Shown: positions 1-11,626 of the stretch, one piece after another
How the letters are laid out: each line of letters opens with the position of its first letter
Position numbering within the stretch: the first letter of the stretch is position 1
Assembly: GCA_964276515.1 (NCBI GenBank)
Contig: OZ193909.1
Span: 11,222,001-11,286,000 of the forward strand
Reading direction: 5' to 3'
Length of the DNA: 64,000 bases
Source: Gordius albopunctatus
Lineage: Eukaryota
The notes under the pieces: model-generated
Databases searched by the model: none
Told to the model about the DNA's origin: nothing
The model's input: only the letters and a program-made list of their open reading frames with translations
Program-made: the position numbers and the translations under genes

Positions 1-41
1 CATATGATTTCCTGGCTCAAAATAAATGTAAATACGATTTA

Positions 42-1096
42 TACTCAACCAGTCTAATGCACAAAAGGTCTAAGCAAACTAGACGCAAAATCTCATTACT
101 TAAAATATAAATTTCATATCTATATATATATAGTAAAGTCTATGTATGTATATATGTGTGTATGTATGTAAGGGCTAAATTCTGAAACTACCGGCCCGAT
201 TCGCGCGAAAATTTAACCATAGATGCCTAGGGCGGTCAGGGGTAAAATAGCTTTTTCAGAATCCTAAAATTCCTTTTAGTTTTAAAAAATGGCTTAATTC
301 TAAAACTACCGGCCCGATTCGCGCGAAAATTTAGCCGTAGATGCCCAGGGGTAAAATAGCTTTTTCAGAATCCTAAAATACCTTTTCGTTTTAAAAATAT
401 CGGACATTTCCCGGCCAGTTTAATTTAGAGCAGCATATACAATAATGACGTCATATATACAAGGCTGAAGTTTTCTCGAATTAGATATTTAAAAGTATAA
501 TAAAAATGTTACAGTATACGGTCAAAATTATTGGTGTTGTATTTAGTAATATAAAGATATAAATAAAGTATTTTATACTATCTTATACATCTATTGCTAA
601 TCCATACATATATCTATAGAATAATGCTAAACATACTATATATAACTTATTGACTAAAGTATTTAATAATATAAAGATATAAATTAAACTACTTTATTGC
701 TATATTTAGTAGCTTATAATTATTTACGTTATAATGGTTTTAATATGGTTGCAAATAATGTTTATTAAATCATGTAAACCATAAGCTTTAACTAACCCTC
801 TTTTATCTTATCGCATATATCTATTGCCTTATAACTAACTAGTTTTCTATTGATGTTATAAACGTTTTACAAGGTAGCAAAAATTTATATTAAGCCTATA
901 ATATATGAAGCTTATATTTTTTATTGCTGCATATATATTTCCTTTCATAGTTTAGATTAAATGCTTTATAATAAGTTAATATGCATTTACAATATTTTAT
1001 ATAATTATATATAAAATTATATGAAATTTATTTTTTAAGTAATGAGATTTTGTGTCTAGTTTGTATAGACCTTTTGTGCATTAGACTGGTTGAGTA
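42..1096. mobile_element. MITE-like element with ~80-bp terminal inverted repeats in a TA context (Tc1/mariner-like), interrupted by a Helitron fragment
   Basis: 38-118 (tttatactcaaccagtctaatgcacaaaaggtc...) is the near-exact reverse complement of 1020-1100; both ends lie in TATA. Confidence 0.7.
119..538 (+). mobile_element. Non-autonomous Helitron, 5' part only (same family as 38704-39602)
   Basis: A|TC start, (TGTA)n tract and duplicated core (actaccggcccgattcgcgcgaaaattt); near-identical to 38708-39154; CTAG end missing. Confidence 0.8.
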
Positions 1097-1858
1097 TAAA
1101 TATCCATTAGCACTTGATAAATCACTATCTCTCACATTATATTCCAAGAAAAAACCTTACAACTGTTCCCGTTTGTTATAAATTACTTAGCACAAAGTCA
1201 GTTTCAAATCTTCTACACGCTTATCACTTAAAAATGAAGAAATGATTGGCCTTAAAGTCATCAATTTTTTCCATAATTACCTCTTCTTTCAATAAAAGGC
1301 ATAATAAATACTTAAATATAAATGGGACATTCCATGTTTGATTGCTACATTTTGGGCCAACCCCCAAAGATTTTAGGAACTTTGGTGAAAATGAAGAAAT
1401 ATAATTATAAAATTTTGGCTCATGTGTGACACTACTTCATGAGTTGTGGAGGTTATCCCGATGGTTGCCAATTCTCATTTAAATTTTTATATAGTTAGTA
1501 AAAAAAATTTGTTTCAAATTTTAAGGTTAATGACTAGTCAACGGTAGAGGGCTAATAATTTTAAAGAGTTATGCAATTTAGCGTCATGACCCAATGTCCT
1601 AAAAGACCAATTTTTGACATTTGGGTCAACCCAAATTTGAATTCTATAAAATATCTAGACCTTAAAATTTCAACTTAAGGGTATATATACAGGTGTCTAT
1701 TTACTTCATTCAAAAATAATGCTAATTGAAAAATAAAACTAGTCCAAAGGTTGATAATTTCTTACTCAAAACAAATAAGGTTATTGTATTTTTAATCTAA
1801 TTCATGTTTTACTTATGCCAATAATTAATTATATCCATCAAAAGGAATTAAATTAAAT

Positions 1859-2788
1859 CTAATAGGTTGGCCCATCATCAGAATCATTATCATCTTCCAA
1901 AAATCCTTCCCCATTATCGAAATATGTTTCTGCATAATCATTTTCCTTAAATAAACAAACTGATTTAAGTATTAGCCTCAAATCAAATGATAAAAAACTT
2001 CTTATAATGCCATTAAGAATATTTTGATAATTAGAATAGTAATATATTTAATTATTTTGAAATTTATTAAATTGTTACTTCTTCTTCCTCCTCAGAATTT
2101 ATGGCCATCTCCTGATTGGCATCATCATCGCTGTTTTCATTTTTGAGTGTAGTCTTGTCTTTTGATTCATCTTCAACTATGTTATCTTTTTTTGTTTCCT
2201 CATAAGTTTCTAACTTCTAATATTTTTGAAGATAAGATATAAGTTAATATCACATAAATGTAAGCTTACTCTAAGTTTTTCCTCAACGTTAATAGTAGTA
2301 TTCTTAATTTTTCTGTGAGATTTAGTCACCTTTGGTCTTAATTCCTTAGGAAAATAATTCCAATCTGTATCATATAGTTGAATAAAAATAATAAAATTAA
2401 ATGTAAAACTTTAGAACATACTAAGTCGTTCTTCTACAAATTCATTTAAGCTTTTAGGTTTTATCTTGTATTTATCAGTGTAACGTTCAATATCATAGGA
2501 ATTGTTTGTACTTTTTTCAAAATGTAAATAATATGGCATATTAGATCTTTCCTCGCGCAATTTTTTTTTAATTGATAACAGATCTTTTATTTTATTGTTT
2601 AATTCTAAATTTAAAGGTTTAATATCCAACGCCTATTTTAATATTTGCAAATATTTTCGATATTTTACTTGATAGGTTGTAGAAGGACTTTCATGACTTT
2701 GAAAAATATCACCTCTGTTGATTCCTAGATTGCCAGCTATTTGCGCAATTGAGCTTTTACCTCTTCCACGACCACCTCTCCCTGACAT
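1859..2788 (-). CDS. POLR3G: DNA-directed RNA polymerase III subunit RPC7 (C31 family). Exons 2788-2669, 2632-2422, 2364-2270, 2216-2079, 1945-1859
   Basis: The spliced frame is open: MSGRGGRGRGKSS...DIERYTDKYK...NWNYFPKELRPK...acidic tail ENDYAETYFDNGEGFLEDDNDSDDGPTY*. These motifs match RPC7/C31. GT-AG introns of 36, 57, 53 and 133 nt. Confidence 0.93.
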
Positions 2789-4934
2789 CGTTTAATGTAT
2801 GTATGTATGTATGTATGTTTGCCGCGAAGGAATCCAGTCGAGAAGACCAAAACTTCATAGACCAATTAAATGTATGTTTCAAACTAAATATTAAAAAATA
2901 TCATCTGATTTAAAAAAAAGAATTTACCTAAATATTATAAAGCACATGGTTAAATAGTGCTTTTTCTAAACAATACAATAGGTAATATTATATTGTCATA
3001 TAAATAGACTATGGCAAACATTTATATTTCAAAGTCATCTTAAGTTCATATTTTTTAAAAATTTATAAGTTGTACTGTGATTTTTAATAAATTTAAGAGA
3101 TAATATGATAGGTATACGAAAAAATATAGGATTTTATTGCTTGAATATTATCAAACCTTTGCGTAATTTAGTCGATCTTTAAATATATTGTTGGTACGGC
3201 ATGAAGATTTACTTCAAAGGGCTAACTAGTATTTTGGAATCATGTAAAACGTCTGGAAATTATAGCCTCTGGAATCGTTAACAAATTAGACAATGTATCT
3301 AAAGCATAAAATTAATATTAAAAAATAATTGAATGTAAAAATTTAATTTAATACAACAAAATAAAACATTTATATTATAATAAATATATAATAATTAGCT
3401 ATATAGAAAAGGTTTTTAATTACAAAGATTTCATATTTAATAATTTGCTCTTAAATCTATAACACATAAGTATTTAACTTAATATTAGATAGTACTAAAT
3501 ATAAATTATTAAATATATATTAGTTTGTTATATAATTATATAATATTCTTTTTTCATAACTTACAATTATGTCTAAAGTACCCTTTGGCATCATTTAAAA
3601 AATTAGACAATATATCTAAAGCATAAAATAATATTAAAAAATAATTGTACGTAAAAATTTAATTTATATTAATTAACTAATAGAAAAGGTTTTATAATAA
3701 CAATGTATTGATATTAAACAGTTGCCTGTCAAGACTATAGATAAAAATATATTAGTTTGTTATATAACAATATATGATTTTATTTTTTATAATATGATCA
3801 TGTATAAAGTTTTATATCAAATAAACGGGTATTTATGCGATTGCTAACATATAAAGAGTCATTGTAAATTCAATTGTACTTAAGTTTTATAAATAATTAT
3901 GTCTATAACATGTGAACAAAATGCTTAATATCGTGGATAACCTTATATTATTTGTATAAGTATAGCAATGGCTTATCTAAATTCGCACAGATCTATTACT
4001 ATCTTAATCTTATATATTTTTGTAATTATATGTGTAGTTTTAATATAATATTTTATAATGTTCTATTTTCTATATTAGCACAAGATCTGGAGAAGGAAAA
4101 AATGGCAGTTTCATAATTATATATACTTTATGAAAAGGGTTTGTAAGGAAACACCCACAATAAGACATTAGATGATTCATAGATATTGAGAAATGTAAGT
4201 GCTTATAGGAGGAGGAATGTCACATGTTGTCTTTGAAAACTCTTTTGTCAGATACCAAAAAATTTTAAATAATTGAAAGGTACCAATTTAAAGAGTGCAT
4301 AATAAAAAATTGTTGTTTGTTAAGAAATAATGTTACTTTAACATTATAAATAAACTATTTGTTTGCATTCTATATGTATATAGCGTACATTGATATTGTT
4401 CTCAAAGTTTTTAGCATTTACAACATTTTGACTCTTATATTTATATGTTGCATGAAATTTGAAATACATGATATCCAAAACTTAAATGTTTATTCCTCTC
4501 ATATATAACAATCATATCCATATCAAAACATCTAAATTTAATTTCTTCTAACTCTTAAAATTTATTCATGTCAATTATATTCTTAGAGCATATACCCAAA
4601 AATTATCAAATAATTTAGATGATATAAGACAAATGGTATAAGTTATGGTATAAATTACAAATATCATATACTTTAAATTAATGAGGAGTTAAATAATAAT
4701 TATAATTGTAAAACAACTCAAGTTAATTTCTTTTCACTCTTCATCCGACATTAAAACAATTTTATTTATAATGTTGTAATAAAATCACACTAACAACCCT
4801 ACAAATGGCTGTTGATTCCATTTGATTTGTAACATCCACTAAGAGCATAGCTTCTTCAAATGAAATATTACCTAGAAATAAATAATTTAGAAGATTGTAA
4901 AATTACTATGTAAAAGTGTTAAAGTAAAATTAAA

Positions 4935-5411
4935 TTCAATGCTAATATACTTGTTTGGACTGGGACTTGTATAGGCATACAAGGCATTATTGCACAAGAT
5001 CTCATAGAATTAGTTTGATCTAAAATGTATAAATAAATTCAATGCTAATATACTTGTTTGGACTGGGACTTGTATAGGCATCCGAGGCATTATTGCACAA
5101 TATCCCACAGAATTAGTATTATCTAACATGTATAAATAAATTCAATGCTAATATACTTGTTTGGACTGGGACTTGTATAGGCATTCGAGGTTTTATTGCA
5201 CAATATCCCACAGAATTAGTATGATCTAAAATGTATAAATAAATTCAATGCTAATATACTTGGATGAGTAAATGTTTGGACTGGGACTTGTATAGGCATC
5301 CTAGGCATTATTTCACAAGATCACACAGAATTAGTTTGATCTAAAATGTATAAATAAATGCAATGTTAATGTACTTGCAAGAGCAAATGTTTGGACTGGA
5401 ACTTGTATAGG
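4935..5411. repeat. Tandem repeat of 103-115-bp units (exon + 34-nt intron); the fifth unit continues at 9330-9412
   Basis: ttgtttggactgggacttgtataggcat...aataaattcaatgctaatatac recurs at about 4951, 5054, 5157, 5272 and 5387. Confidence 0.95.
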
Positions 5412-5512
5412 TGTAATATAGTGTTATTGATGAATTGATGATATTGTATTCCTAGTGTATATATATATATAATAGTTGTTGTGATTTACATGTGTTATCA
5501 ATAAATACTATA
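5412..5512 (+). repeat. 5' LTR (101 bp, TG...TA)
   Basis: Identical by eye to 9229-9329; contains a (TA)n tract and AATAAA. Confidence 0.97.
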
Positions 5513-5513
5513 A

Positions 5514-8500
5514 ATGGCGCAGGTCAAAATAGAAGAATTCTCCGACCTAATGGAAATAGAGGACTGGATAATGGTACTAGAAAGTGCCATGGATATCAAA
5601 GGAGTTACGCTTGCGAACAAAAAAAAATATCTCATCACATTCCTTGGACTTCCGAATTTGAAAAGGTTAAAATATAAAATTTACCCTAAAAAAATAGAGG
5701 ATAGCACTTATGAAGAATTAAAAAAAGAATTACTTTTGTTATTTGGAAGTAAAAACTCGATTTTTTTTTATAGATTACAATTCTTAAGGGCTAGGAGGAA
5801 AAATGAGTCAGTTGAAGATTTCTCACAAAAATTAAAGTCCTTGGTTATCTTGTGTGAGTATAAGGAAGAAGATGAGATGTTAAGGGATGGGTTTTTGTTA
5901 GGGTTAAATAATAGTAGATTAGAAAATGAAATAAGAATAAGATTTCCTGATGGTAAAGATGGAAATGAAAAGTTAAAATTTAAAACTGTATTTGAATTGG
6001 CACTTAGCTTTGAGAGAGCCTCAAATGAAGTGGTAGATAAAGATAGAGATATAATACATGAAGAAATTAATAAAATTACAAAAGTTCATGATAATAATAA
6101 AAACAACTATGCTGACCTAGTATGCTTTAATTGCAAAAAGAAAGGCCATTTAGCTAGATTTTGTTATTTTAATAAAAATAATAATCATTATCAATTCAAA
6201 AAGTATAATAATAATATTAATTGTGTTAAGGTGTATAAAACTAATAAAGCATTGGTTAAAGTGGTATTAAATGATAAAAATTATAATTTCGAGTTTGACA
6301 CTGCAGCTCAGGCTACTGTCATAGATAAGCAGACTTGGATGGAAATTGGTAAACCTGAGTTAAGGAATTGCCCAAGTATATTGAGTTATGGGAACTTTAG
6401 GGTCAAAACTTTGGGCAAGTGTTTAGCAAAAGCTCAAATTAACAATAAATGGTTAGAAATTCCTTTGTTAGTAGTTAATGAAGGGGATTTAATATTGGGA
6501 TTACCAGAAATTTTAGAATTTGGATTTGAATTACCTAAAAACATTGTAATTAGACAGCTTAAATTAGAAAATTTGATCGAGCAGTTTCCTAAAGTGTTTT
6601 CAGAGAAATTAGGTGAAGTTAACAATTTTATGGTAAATTTGCATTTAAAAACCCCCTATAAGCCTATAAGTTTGCCACCAAGAAGGGTACCTTTTCCGAT
6701 GAGGGAGGCAATCGAATCTGAGATTAAAAGACTTTTGGAAGAGCAAGTAATAGAAAAAGTCGAACTTAACACTGAAATTCCATGGTGTACCCCTACTGTC
6801 AATCGATTTAAGAAAAACAAATCCATTAGAATATGCGGGGACTTTAAGGCCACGTTAAATGATTACCTATGCGATATTGGGGATACCCTGCCTACCTTTG
6901 AGGATGTAACATCCAAGCTCCTCGGGGGCGATAAATTCACATGTATCGATTTGCGAGACGCTTTCTTACAATTAAGAATGTCTGAGCAAAGCGCAAAACT
7001 ACTTACCATTTCTACACACGTAGGATTATTCCGTTATCGTAGGCTGCCATTCGGAATAAAGGTGGCTCCATTGATTTTTCAAAGGTATATCACTAATCTG
7101 TTAGCTGGAATTCCAAATACAGCGGTATTTATTGATGATATTATCATTACGGGACTTAATGATGAACAACATATTTCAAATATTAAAGAAGTATTAAAAC
7201 GGTTTGGAGAGGTAGGAATTACCACAACACCAGACAAAATAAGATATCTGCAAGACTGGGTTGTTTATTTGGGCCACAAGATTAGTTCTAAAGGTATTCA
7301 ACCTACGGAGGAAAAAATTTTAGCTTTAAGGAATTGTAAAAGACCCACAAATAAATCTGAACTTAAAGGATTTTTAGGACTATTAACATATTTAGGCAAA
7401 TTTATACCTATGTTACAACCACAATGTGTACCATTACACAACCTTTTAAAAAAAGAGGCCAAATGGGAATGGGGGAAAGAGGAAGAAGATTGTTTTGACA
7501 AATTGAAAAACTTAATATCTAGTGAAGATACCGTTGTTCCATATTCGTTACGGAAGCCGTTAGTTCTGTATACGGACGCTTGTGAAGCAGGATTGGGAGC
7601 GGTGTTAATGCACGTGGAGTCGGATGGACAAGAAAGGCCTATTGCCTATACATCAAGGGTTTTAAGTCAAGCAGAAAAGGGATATTCCACTATTGACAAG
7701 GAAGCTCTGGGTATTATTTACGCTGTCAATAAATTTCACCAATACATTTATGGGAGAACATTCACATTAAAAACAGATCATCGACCGTTACAATACATTT
7801 TTGGTCGAGAGGGACACCATTATAATTGCAACTTACGATTACAAAGATGGAATACTAAATTAATGGCTTATGACTTTAAAATTGAGTATATTTCTGGAAA
7901 GACTAATCAAATCGCAGATACATTATCTCGACTACCTACCTTTGCAGAGAGTAATGAAGACATCCATATAAACATGATTGAAGATTTAAAGTTTTCCAGA
8001 AAAACGTTAGTGGAGGAAACAAGGAAAGATAGAAGGTTGAATGATGTTAGTGATTTGATTCGCTGTAATTGGAGCAAACCTATCAACGATGCAACCATTC
8101 GAAGATCATTTTATCCGAAGAAAGATGAGTTATCTATTGAAAACGAATTAATATATTGGCAAAATCGGTTAATAGTTCCAGGAAAGTTGAACAGGGTGGT
8201 GTTAGAAAATTTACATACCGGACACCCGGGAATATCTGGAATGATTGATTTAGCAAAATTTTATTGTTGGTGGCCTAAAATCAATGATGACATTGAAATT
8301 TTTGTCCAAAGATGTAAAGGTTGTCAAGAAAATCGATCTAATATGTTAGAATCTCCCTTATATCAATGGCCTACAACAGAAGAACCAATGGATCGCGTCC
8401 ACATTGATTTGGCAGGACCCATAAACGGCAAATATTGGTTGGTTTTAGTTGATGGTTATTCAAAATGGCCAGAAGTAAAAATCATAAATTCCTTACACTC

Positions 8501-9212
8501 TACCGGAATTATCAAGGCGTTGCGCGAATGGTTTGCTCGATTGGGACTACCAAGAGTTTTAGTAAGCGATAACGGTAGTCAATTCTTGGGAGAGGAATTC
8601 GCAATATTTATAAAAGCTAATGGTATTAGACATATTCGGACATCTCCATATCACCCAAAATCTAACGGATTGTGTGAAAGATTTATTCGGACACTAAAAT
8701 CACGGTTTTACGCAGCCGCTAGGTATAATCAAGACGATGATAAACTTTTGGCTCAGGTACTCATGGCTTACAGATTGACACCTCATAATACTACAAGTGT
8801 AGCTCCTTGTGAATTAATGTTTAAAAGAAGAATCCGATCTTCTTTTGACCAACTGCGACGTTCGATCAAGGAAACGACTATCGACAATGTTTGGAAACAA
8901 AAGTACTATCATGATAGGAAGGTTTCCGACCGTAATTTTCAGGAAGGGGATAAAGTATGGGTAAAAAATGAAAAAGAAAAGGGTTGGCACGAGGGAATAA
9001 TTGAACGTAAGAAGAATGATTGGTCCTACGATGTTTGGGCCGAAGGACGGATTAAGCGTAAACACACAGATCACTTACGGAAAGCCATAGACAACCTAAA
9101 GGAATCAATAGGGGCCGAGGAAGAGGAACCAATTGCAGGAATTAAACAAGACAATGTGCCGAGACCCCAACGACGTAGACAACCACCAAAAAGATTCGAC
9201 GATGAATATTAA
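5514..9212 (+). CDS. Gag-Pol polyprotein (Gag with CCHC knuckle, protease, RT, RNase H, integrase), 1232 aa
   Basis: CFNCKKKGHLARFC; FEFDTAA; RLPFG and VFIDDII; LYTDAC, DKEALG, TDHRPL, ADTLSR; LHTGHPG..CKGC; HIDLAG, SDNGSQF, HPKSNGLCER. Gypsy domain order, no stops. Confidence 0.98.
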   Translation: MAQVKIEEFSDLMEIEDWIMVLESAMDIKGVTLANKKKYLITFLGLPNLKRLKYKIYPKKIEDSTYEELKKELLLLFGSKNSIFFYRLQFLRARRKNESVEDFSQKLKSLVILCEYKEEDEMLRDGFLLGLNNSRLENEIRIRFPDGKDGNEKLKFKTVFELALSFERASNEVVDKDRDIIHEEINKITKVHDNNKNNYADLVCFNCKKKGHLARFCYFNKNNNHYQFKKYNNNINCVKVYKTNKALVKVVLNDKNYNFEFDTAAQATVIDKQTWMEIGKPELRNCPSILSYGNFRVKTLGKCLAKAQINNKWLEIPLLVVNEGDLILGLPEILEFGFELPKNIVIRQLKLENLIEQFPKVFSEKLGEVNNFMVNLHLKTPYKPISLPPRRVPFPMREAIESEIKRLLEEQVIEKVELNTEIPWCTPTVNRFKKNKSIRICGDFKATLNDYLCDIGDTLPTFEDVTSKLLGGDKFTCIDLRDAFLQLRMSEQSAKLLTISTHVGLFRYRRLPFGIKVAPLIFQRYITNLLAGIPNTAVFIDDIIITGLNDEQHISNIKEVLKRFGEVGITTTPDKIRYLQDWVVYLGHKISSKGIQPTEEKILALRNCKRPTNKSELKGFLGLLTYLGKFIPMLQPQCVPLHNLLKKEAKWEWGKEEEDCFDKLKNLISSEDTVVPYSLRKPLVLYTDACEAGLGAVLMHVESDGQERPIAYTSRVLSQAEKGYSTIDKEALGIIYAVNKFHQYIYGRTFTLKTDHRPLQYIFGREGHHYNCNLRLQRWNTKLMAYDFKIEYISGKTNQIADTLSRLPTFAESNEDIHINMIEDLKFSRKTLVEETRKDRRLNDVSDLIRCNWSKPINDATIRRSFYPKKDELSIENELIYWQNRLIVPGKLNRVVLENLHTGHPGISGMIDLAKFYCWWPKINDDIEIFVQRCKGCQENRSNMLESPLYQWPTTEEPMDRVHIDLAGPINGKYWLVLVDGYSKWPEVKIINSLHSTGIIKALREWFARLGLPRVLVSDNGSQFLGEEFAIFIKANGIRHIRTSPYHPKSNGLCERFIRTLKSRFYAAARYNQDDDKLLAQVLMAYRLTPHNTTSVAPCELMFKRRIRSSFDQLRRSIKETTIDNVWKQKYYHDRKVSDRNFQEGDKVWVKNEKEKGWHEGIIERKKNDWSYDVWAEGRIKRKHTDHLRKAIDNLKESIGAEEEEPIAGIKQDNVPRPQRRRQPPKRFDDEY

Positions 9213-9228
9213 TCTTATGGGGGAGTAT

Positions 9229-9329
9229 TGTAATATAGTGTTATTGATGAATTGATGATATTGTATTCCTAGTGTATATATATATATAATAGTTGTTGTG
9301 ATTTACATGTGTTATCAATAAATACTATA
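9229..9329 (+). repeat. 3' LTR (101 bp)
   Basis: Follows the PPT and is followed by TSD ATAGG. Confidence 0.97.
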
Positions 9330-9748
9330 ATAGGCATCCGAGGCATTATTGTACAAGATCCCACAGAATTAGTATGGTCTAACATGTATAAATAAATACA
9401 ATGTTAATATACTTGAAATTGACTCATATTGTTAAAATCCTATTAAACATACAAAAAATAAAATGTAAAAATATAAATTTAATATAGATCTATTTTGTTA
9501 TAAAATGATAAATTATCTAACTTTTATCTTGTCATAATCTATAACATCGTTGATAAAATATTCTCTTTGCCTTCTTTCACTTGTATTCATCAAACAGATA
9601 GGTAATATAAAATAAAAATACTTACGTGAATATTGCAAAACGAAGGTTGGAAGCACTAAATAAGTGTATATGCCAAATATCATAAAGGGGGAGAGAGGGA
9701 GCGAAGGGGAAGCTTTATGGTTAGTTAAATTCTACGGGAGTTGTATTA

Positions 9749-11330
9749 CCAAAAAGTCATAATAGCAATGGTAGGAACAGGAACAATCATAATAGTCAAA
9801 AAAAACGAAAAAAAATTTTCGAATCACATTTTGGCCAAAGGTCATTTTTTCCATTGGTCAGCAGCCAGGACACGGTAAAAGTGGATATAAATTCATAAGA
9901 GTCAAAAAAAACGAAAAAAAAGTTTTCGAATCACATTTTGGCCAATGGTTATTTTATTCCATTGATCAGCAGCCAGCGGACGGCCAAAAAGTCATAATAG
10001 CAATGGTAGGAACAGGAACAATCATAATAGTCAAAAAAAACGGAAAAAATAATTTCGATTCACATTTTGGCCAATGGTCATTTTTTTCCATTGGTCAGCA
10101 GCCAGGACACGGTAAAAGTGGATATAAATTCATAACAGTCAAAAAAAAACGAAAAAAAAATTTTCGAATCACATTTTGGCCAATGGTCATTTTATTCCAT
10201 TGGTCAGCAGCCAGCGGACGGCCAAAAAGTCATAATAGCAATGGTAGGAACAGGAACAATCATAATATTCAAAAAAAACGAAAAAATAAACTCGGATACA
10301 CATTTTGGCCAATGGTCATTTTTTTCATTGGTCAGCAGCCAGCGGACGGCCAAAAAGTCTTATTATCATTGATAGTAACAAGAACAATCATAAGAGTCAA
10401 AAAAAACTCCGGGATTCTAACCCAAAAAACTAGATAAATTGCATAGCAATTATTAAAAAGTATAGGGTAATTATCAATGTTAACCTATTCAAAAACGAAC
10501 AAAAAATTTTGATTTATTTGGCCAATGCTAATTTTTTTCAATTATCAATGTTAACTTATTCAAAAAGTAAAAACGAAAAATTAGGATTTATTTGGCCAAT
10601 GTTCATTTTTTCATTGGTCAGTAGCCAGCGGACGGTCAAAAAGTCATATTATCAATGGTATTAACAAGAACAAAATATTAAATTAATTAAAAAAATAAAA
10701 ATTTTGCCCTCTCCGGGATTCGAACCCACTTTAAATAGAGGCATAAGCCTTTGGAGGGGAACAGGGAACCATATAAATAGAGCCATAGGCCCTTGTAGGG
10801 GAGGGCATAGGGTAATTATCAATGTTAAACTATTCAAAAACGAAAAATTAAAAATTTCGATTTATCTGGCAAGTGGTCATTTTTTCATTGGTCAGTAGCC
10901 TGCGGACGGTCAAAAATTCATATTATCAATGGTATTAACAAGAACAATATATTAATTTAATTTAAAAAAAAATAAAAATTTTTGTCCTCTCCGGGTCTCG
11001 AACCATCAATTTAGAACGTTCGCCGGGATTCAAACCCACATTAAATAGAGGCATAAGCCTTTGGAGGGGAACAGGGAACCATATAAATATAGCCATAGGC
11101 CCTTGTAGGGGAGGGCATAGGGTAATTATCAATGTTAAACTATTCAAAAACGAAAAATTAAAAATTTCGATTTATCTGGCCAGTGGTCATTTTTTCATTG
11201 GTCAGTAGCCTGCAGACGGTCAAAAAGTCATATTATCAATGGTATTAACAAGAAAAAAATATTAATTTAATTTAAAAAAAAAAAAAATTTTGTCCTCTCC
11301 GGGTCTCGAACCCGCAACCTCCAGGTCGGA
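9749..11330. repeat. Complex tandem array: ~117-bp monomers in A/B dimers (~236 bp) grading into ~300-bp units with tRNA T-arm fragments
   Basis: Recurrent core ttggccaatggtcattttt...cattggtcagcagcc; A units start near 9749, 9983 and 10221; later units carry ccgggattcgaaccc or ccgggtctcgaaccc. Confidence 0.9.
11292..11330 (-). other. tRNA-derived 3' half (B-box/T-arm) followed by a T-run; not a complete tRNA
   Basis: Minus strand reads cctggaggttgcgGGTTCGAGAcccggagaggacaaaatttttttt; shorter copies at about 10706, 10984 and 11023; no matching 5' acceptor strand or D-arm. Confidence 0.55.
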
Positions 11331-11626
11331 TGTGTAATGTACGCTTAAGTTCTATGTTGCCTTTGGAGTAAAAATATACACCATGAGATATATATTATTT
11401 CCTCTCGCGTTTTTCTTATTATCGTATGTTCGATCGCGTTTGTTATCTTCGCGCGCGTGTTACTTGTAACGTGGTTATATCCCATTAATTTCTAATAAAG
11501 CCAAATAGCCTTAACACATAACAATGATAGCGCCACGCTATAGCTCTAGCACCTTAGCTCTAGTGCCTCCACGTGACTATGTACTTTAGCTTTAGCGCCT
11601 ATCAAACGCTATTTTACCATCACTAG

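Larger units (their letters stand above)
5412..9329 (+). mobile_element. Intact Ty3/Gypsy LTR retrotransposon (Mag-like), 3918 bp
   Basis: Identical LTRs 5412-5512 and 9229-9329; TSD ATAGG at 5407-5411 and 9330-9334; PBS-like TGGCGCAG at 5515; polypurine tract GGGGGAG at 9219-9225. Confidence 0.98.
4762..9683 (-). pseudogene. Probable disabled gene for a secreted-type protein with five tandemly duplicated phase-1 exons, interrupted by an LTR retrotransposon
   Basis: Hydrophobic first exon 9683-9626 (MIFGIYTYLVLPTFVLQYS) and a 27-nt exon 9439-9413 with an in-frame TAA. Repeat exons 9378-9330/5406-5375, 5340-5260 (in-frame TGA), 5225-5157, 5122-5054 and 5019-4951 are separated by 34-nt GT-AG introns. 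A unique exon starts at 4871. The 3' end is uncertain. Confidence 0.6.

Noticed and set aside
3283..3670. Short direct repeat upstream of POLR3G
   Set aside because: Low-complexity AT-rich duplication with no element ends.
6434..9074. Short minus-strand ORFs within the Gypsy element
   Set aside because: Antisense shadows of the polyprotein.
9749..10400. CRISPR-like array
   Set aside because: The units are long and wholly repeated with no unique spacers; eukaryotic context; no cas genes.
10003..10437. 144-aa ORF
   Set aside because: It is a translation of the tandem array and shifts frame between units.
11292..11365. Functional tRNA gene
   Set aside because: Only the T-arm and 3' side are present; a cloverleaf cannot be built.
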